DNA from: Podarcis bocagei
Taxonomy: Eukaryota
Length of the DNA: 64,000 nucleotides
Reading direction: 5' to 3' (one strand)
Assembly (NCBI GenBank): GCA_964188305.1
Contig: OZ076886.1
Part shown: one piece after another, positions 61,188 to 64,000 of the stretch
Layout of the letters: each line of letters opens with the position of its first letter
Position numbering within the stretch: position 1 is the stretch's first letter
The notes under the pieces: model-generated
Told to the model about the DNA's origin: nothing
Database searches by the model: none
Seen by the model: the letters and a program-made list of their open reading frames with translations, nothing else
Made by a program: the position numbers and the translations under genes

Positions 61188-63859
61188 ATCATCCTTCTGC
61201 ACTCTGAAGAACGTGGTTTGTGATCTGCAGGCATTGGCCGAACAGCGATGTTCCAAGACATGTCCATTTTAGCAGACGAGGACTCAAGCTCACTTTTCAT
61301 CCTTCCACCCCCCACCCTCTTTCCCTCCACTCCACCTAACCCACCCGTTTTTAATTATCCGGTGCAACAAACCAGGCACCTTTCATGCTTCGTCACCTTT
61401 TATGGAGCTTTGATGGTAGAGATTTAATTAAATTAACAGATCCAAAAACAAACTTAGGATAAAGAAGACATATTTCTGGGGTGCTAGGCATAAGAAAATT
61501 CATCACTTAACAGTGACATTAACAAATGATGTTCATTACTTATTTTCCAAACGACCAGCTCTGATCTCTCATGGAGATGCAGGGTATTCCAATCATTTTC
61601 TTTTAATCATTTCACTTTGCCTGATAAGAGAAGGAAACTACTCACCAGGAAAGATGCATCAAGCTGAAGGATGGGCCCCATTTTTTTATGCTGGGGGATA
61701 TTATAATTCTTGTCCCTCTGTGTTTCATACTGCAGTGGATATTGGCAGGGACAAAGATGCATATGATAAGCAATACCTTTAATTTTTGCCAGATGAATGA
61801 TTAGAGTTCAAGTACCTGAGTTTTCTGTTTGGGGTGTGTTGTTTGTGGTAAAACATTCCAGCAAATGTAGATTATCAGAATAGCTGTGCTATGCAATTTG
61901 CAACATTTGCTTTGCTCAAAAGGAAAGCCAGCATTTAAAAGAGGTGTGCAGGTGATATATTAAAAAAGCTTCATTTGGTAATATATACTGAGCCACCTGA
62001 GATGGCTAGTGCTGTTCTGATCCAAAAAATTCTGAAAACCTTTTGCCATTTTTGTGTGTGGTGTGTGTGTGTGGTGGCTGCTATCTTGTGCCCCACCTCT
62101 CATGCCCCAGAATAATACCAGTTCCAGAGCATTGTGGAGCCATGTGATTATTTGGTTTCCTGAATTTCTCTGCCCACAAATTGGGTAGAGAATTTCAAGT
62201 TGCCATCTTCACACAGCTCAATAGTGTTCAGGTTCTGTATAGGTGTTGGTAGAGTAGCACTTTCAACTACATCTTGACCTTCTGGAAATTTTGCTCCTGT
62301 TCCAGTTTGGGATCCTTGGTATTCCAAGGAGATGAGCGCAATGACTGGCTGTCAGCTGGAGTGCAAATGGCAGAAGACTCAAGGCAAGCATGTTCAAATA
62401 TAAGCTAGACCCCATTTTAATGCCTCTTTGTGGCAGCAACGGCAACAAAGAAAGTTTGCTTCTCTGCCATCATTGCATTTACATGTGTGCGCTCACACAC
62501 ACACATACCCCAGTGGTGAAGGATCTATTTCTCACAGGCCCAGGGGATCAGCTGTTGGAGCCCTTGGGAGCCTGCTGTGACCAATTTACTTTACATTTTG
62601 CAGTTCTAATCAGTCACATCCAGTCTGACTGGGATGCTAGAGTTACTACAGTGTCAGAGATGGATGCAGCCAAGATGCCATCTGGTTAGGTTATTACAGA
62701 TACTTTATGTAATCTGGAGATGTAGACAAGTTGCTTGGAGGTTTGATGCTTACAGCTTTCTCTTAGTAACCTTGTCTCTCATCTTTTCAAATCAGCTATG
62801 ACTAGGATTGCAGTTTGGACCTCTGAGGTATGTCTCTTTGAGGGGTGGTGGTGACCCCTATTATCCTGAAAGTGGAGATAGTTTGGCCTTTAGAAAATAA
62901 ATCTAGACTCTACTGATTCAAATGACCTGCCTATTTCTGAGCAAGATATTAGAGTGGGAAGTGTCTTCTCAACCCCAGGAAATTTAGGAGGACACTATTT
63001 ATTTGGATCCATTCCATCCCTACCTGGTGCTGTGATAGAAATCACCTTGGGCAGCCTGCTGCATTGCCATTCCTATTTCTTCTGAAGAAATGAACACTGC
63101 TGGAACCAAGTTTCTATTTGCTCAAAAATGACTTAGCTTTTGATATATATATTTTTGGGGGGGGGGGAATCGAAAGGAAGAAAACAAACCACCAGCACCT
63201 CATATTTCATTTAAAATTAAGATAACATATACTCACCCATGAAAGGTCTTTAGAATATAATGTGCCCCCCCGTCAAGTTGGTCTCCTCCCCAAATTCCTT
63301 TTGAAGGAGTAGTGTCACAGCTTTAGATATCGCAAAGCTGCTCCTCTGTTTTACAACTACCAGTCCCAGGAAGTGATGGAATCCATGGTTGAGTGTTTGA
63401 AGGTAGCTTTGAGATGGATGAAGATAAACTAGTTGAAGCTAAACACAAAGGGCTTGGAAGTGCTGTCTGAATCTGGATGGAGCTTTGCAACCAGTGTTGG
63501 ATAGTGTTGCAGTCCTTCTTAAAAGCCAGGGAAGAGCTCTTTGGGTTCTTCTGGACTTGGTGCTATCTAGTACAGGTGTGCATATGATTGTGGGGACTCA
63601 CACCCACTAGCCAGGGCTGTCTGTCAATTGGTTCTGGATTGGATTTTACAAAATGCTCAGTTGTGGTCCAAACCAAATCTTCTGGATGATGCACACTGCT
63701 CTGATCTATTGAGGTGGTGGTGGTGCCTAGGAATATCTTTTATCATCCTAAGTTGATTTGCCGGATGCATCACTATCTGGAGGAAGCAGGATGGGCTTCA
63801 CTGACAAGCAGCTTGGTTTTATCCAGATTAGCCTACTGCACTGCACTCTGTGTGCTGAC

Positions 63860-63972
63860 GTTCAGAAACTTCAACTGAATACTTGTGGGAGCCGGGCATT
63901 TGGATCATGCCATACTGATTTTGAAACCATTGCATGAGCTGTCTATTTGGTTCTGAGCTTAATTTAAAGCAC
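63860..63972 (+). mobile_element. Very old L2 remnant
   Basis: Degenerate QKLQL...ILKPLHELSIWF..FKAL-like coding. Confidence 0.4.
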
Positions 63973-64000
63973 TCTTGAGTCACCACCCCACTTACAGTAA

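Noticed and set aside
1-64000. CRISPR arrays, operons or prokaryotic defence systems
   Set aside because: The sequence is vertebrate genomic DNA; its repeats are microsatellites and transposons with no repeat-spacer periodicity

Overview
Eukaryotic, repeat-rich DNA from a squamate reptile, most likely a lacertid lizard. This is inferred from Sauria/Squam1 SINEs, a POM-type tRNA-CR1 SINE, BovB, L2 and Rex1 content. I could not recognise any host protein-coding exon in the 64 kb, so it looks like a very large intron or a gene desert. It carries several unique-looking, TF-motif-rich blocks that are candidate conserved enhancers. The only long ORF (55095-58079, 994 aa) is an uninterrupted L2 LINE endonuclease/reverse transcriptase. 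Other notable items: a Penelope-like terminal fragment inside a (TA)n tract with a minimal hammerhead ribozyme core (49899-49932); a Rex1/Babar LINE split by a BovB insertion; a BovB 5'-inversion chimera with a target-site duplication (TSD); two solo LTRs with 5-bp TSDs; many Tc1/mariner- and hAT-type MITEs; several nested insertions; a candidate recursive splice site; and a candidate microexon. A 200-N assembly gap lies at 2180-2379. Repeat family names come from my recognition of consensus motifs, not from a database search.
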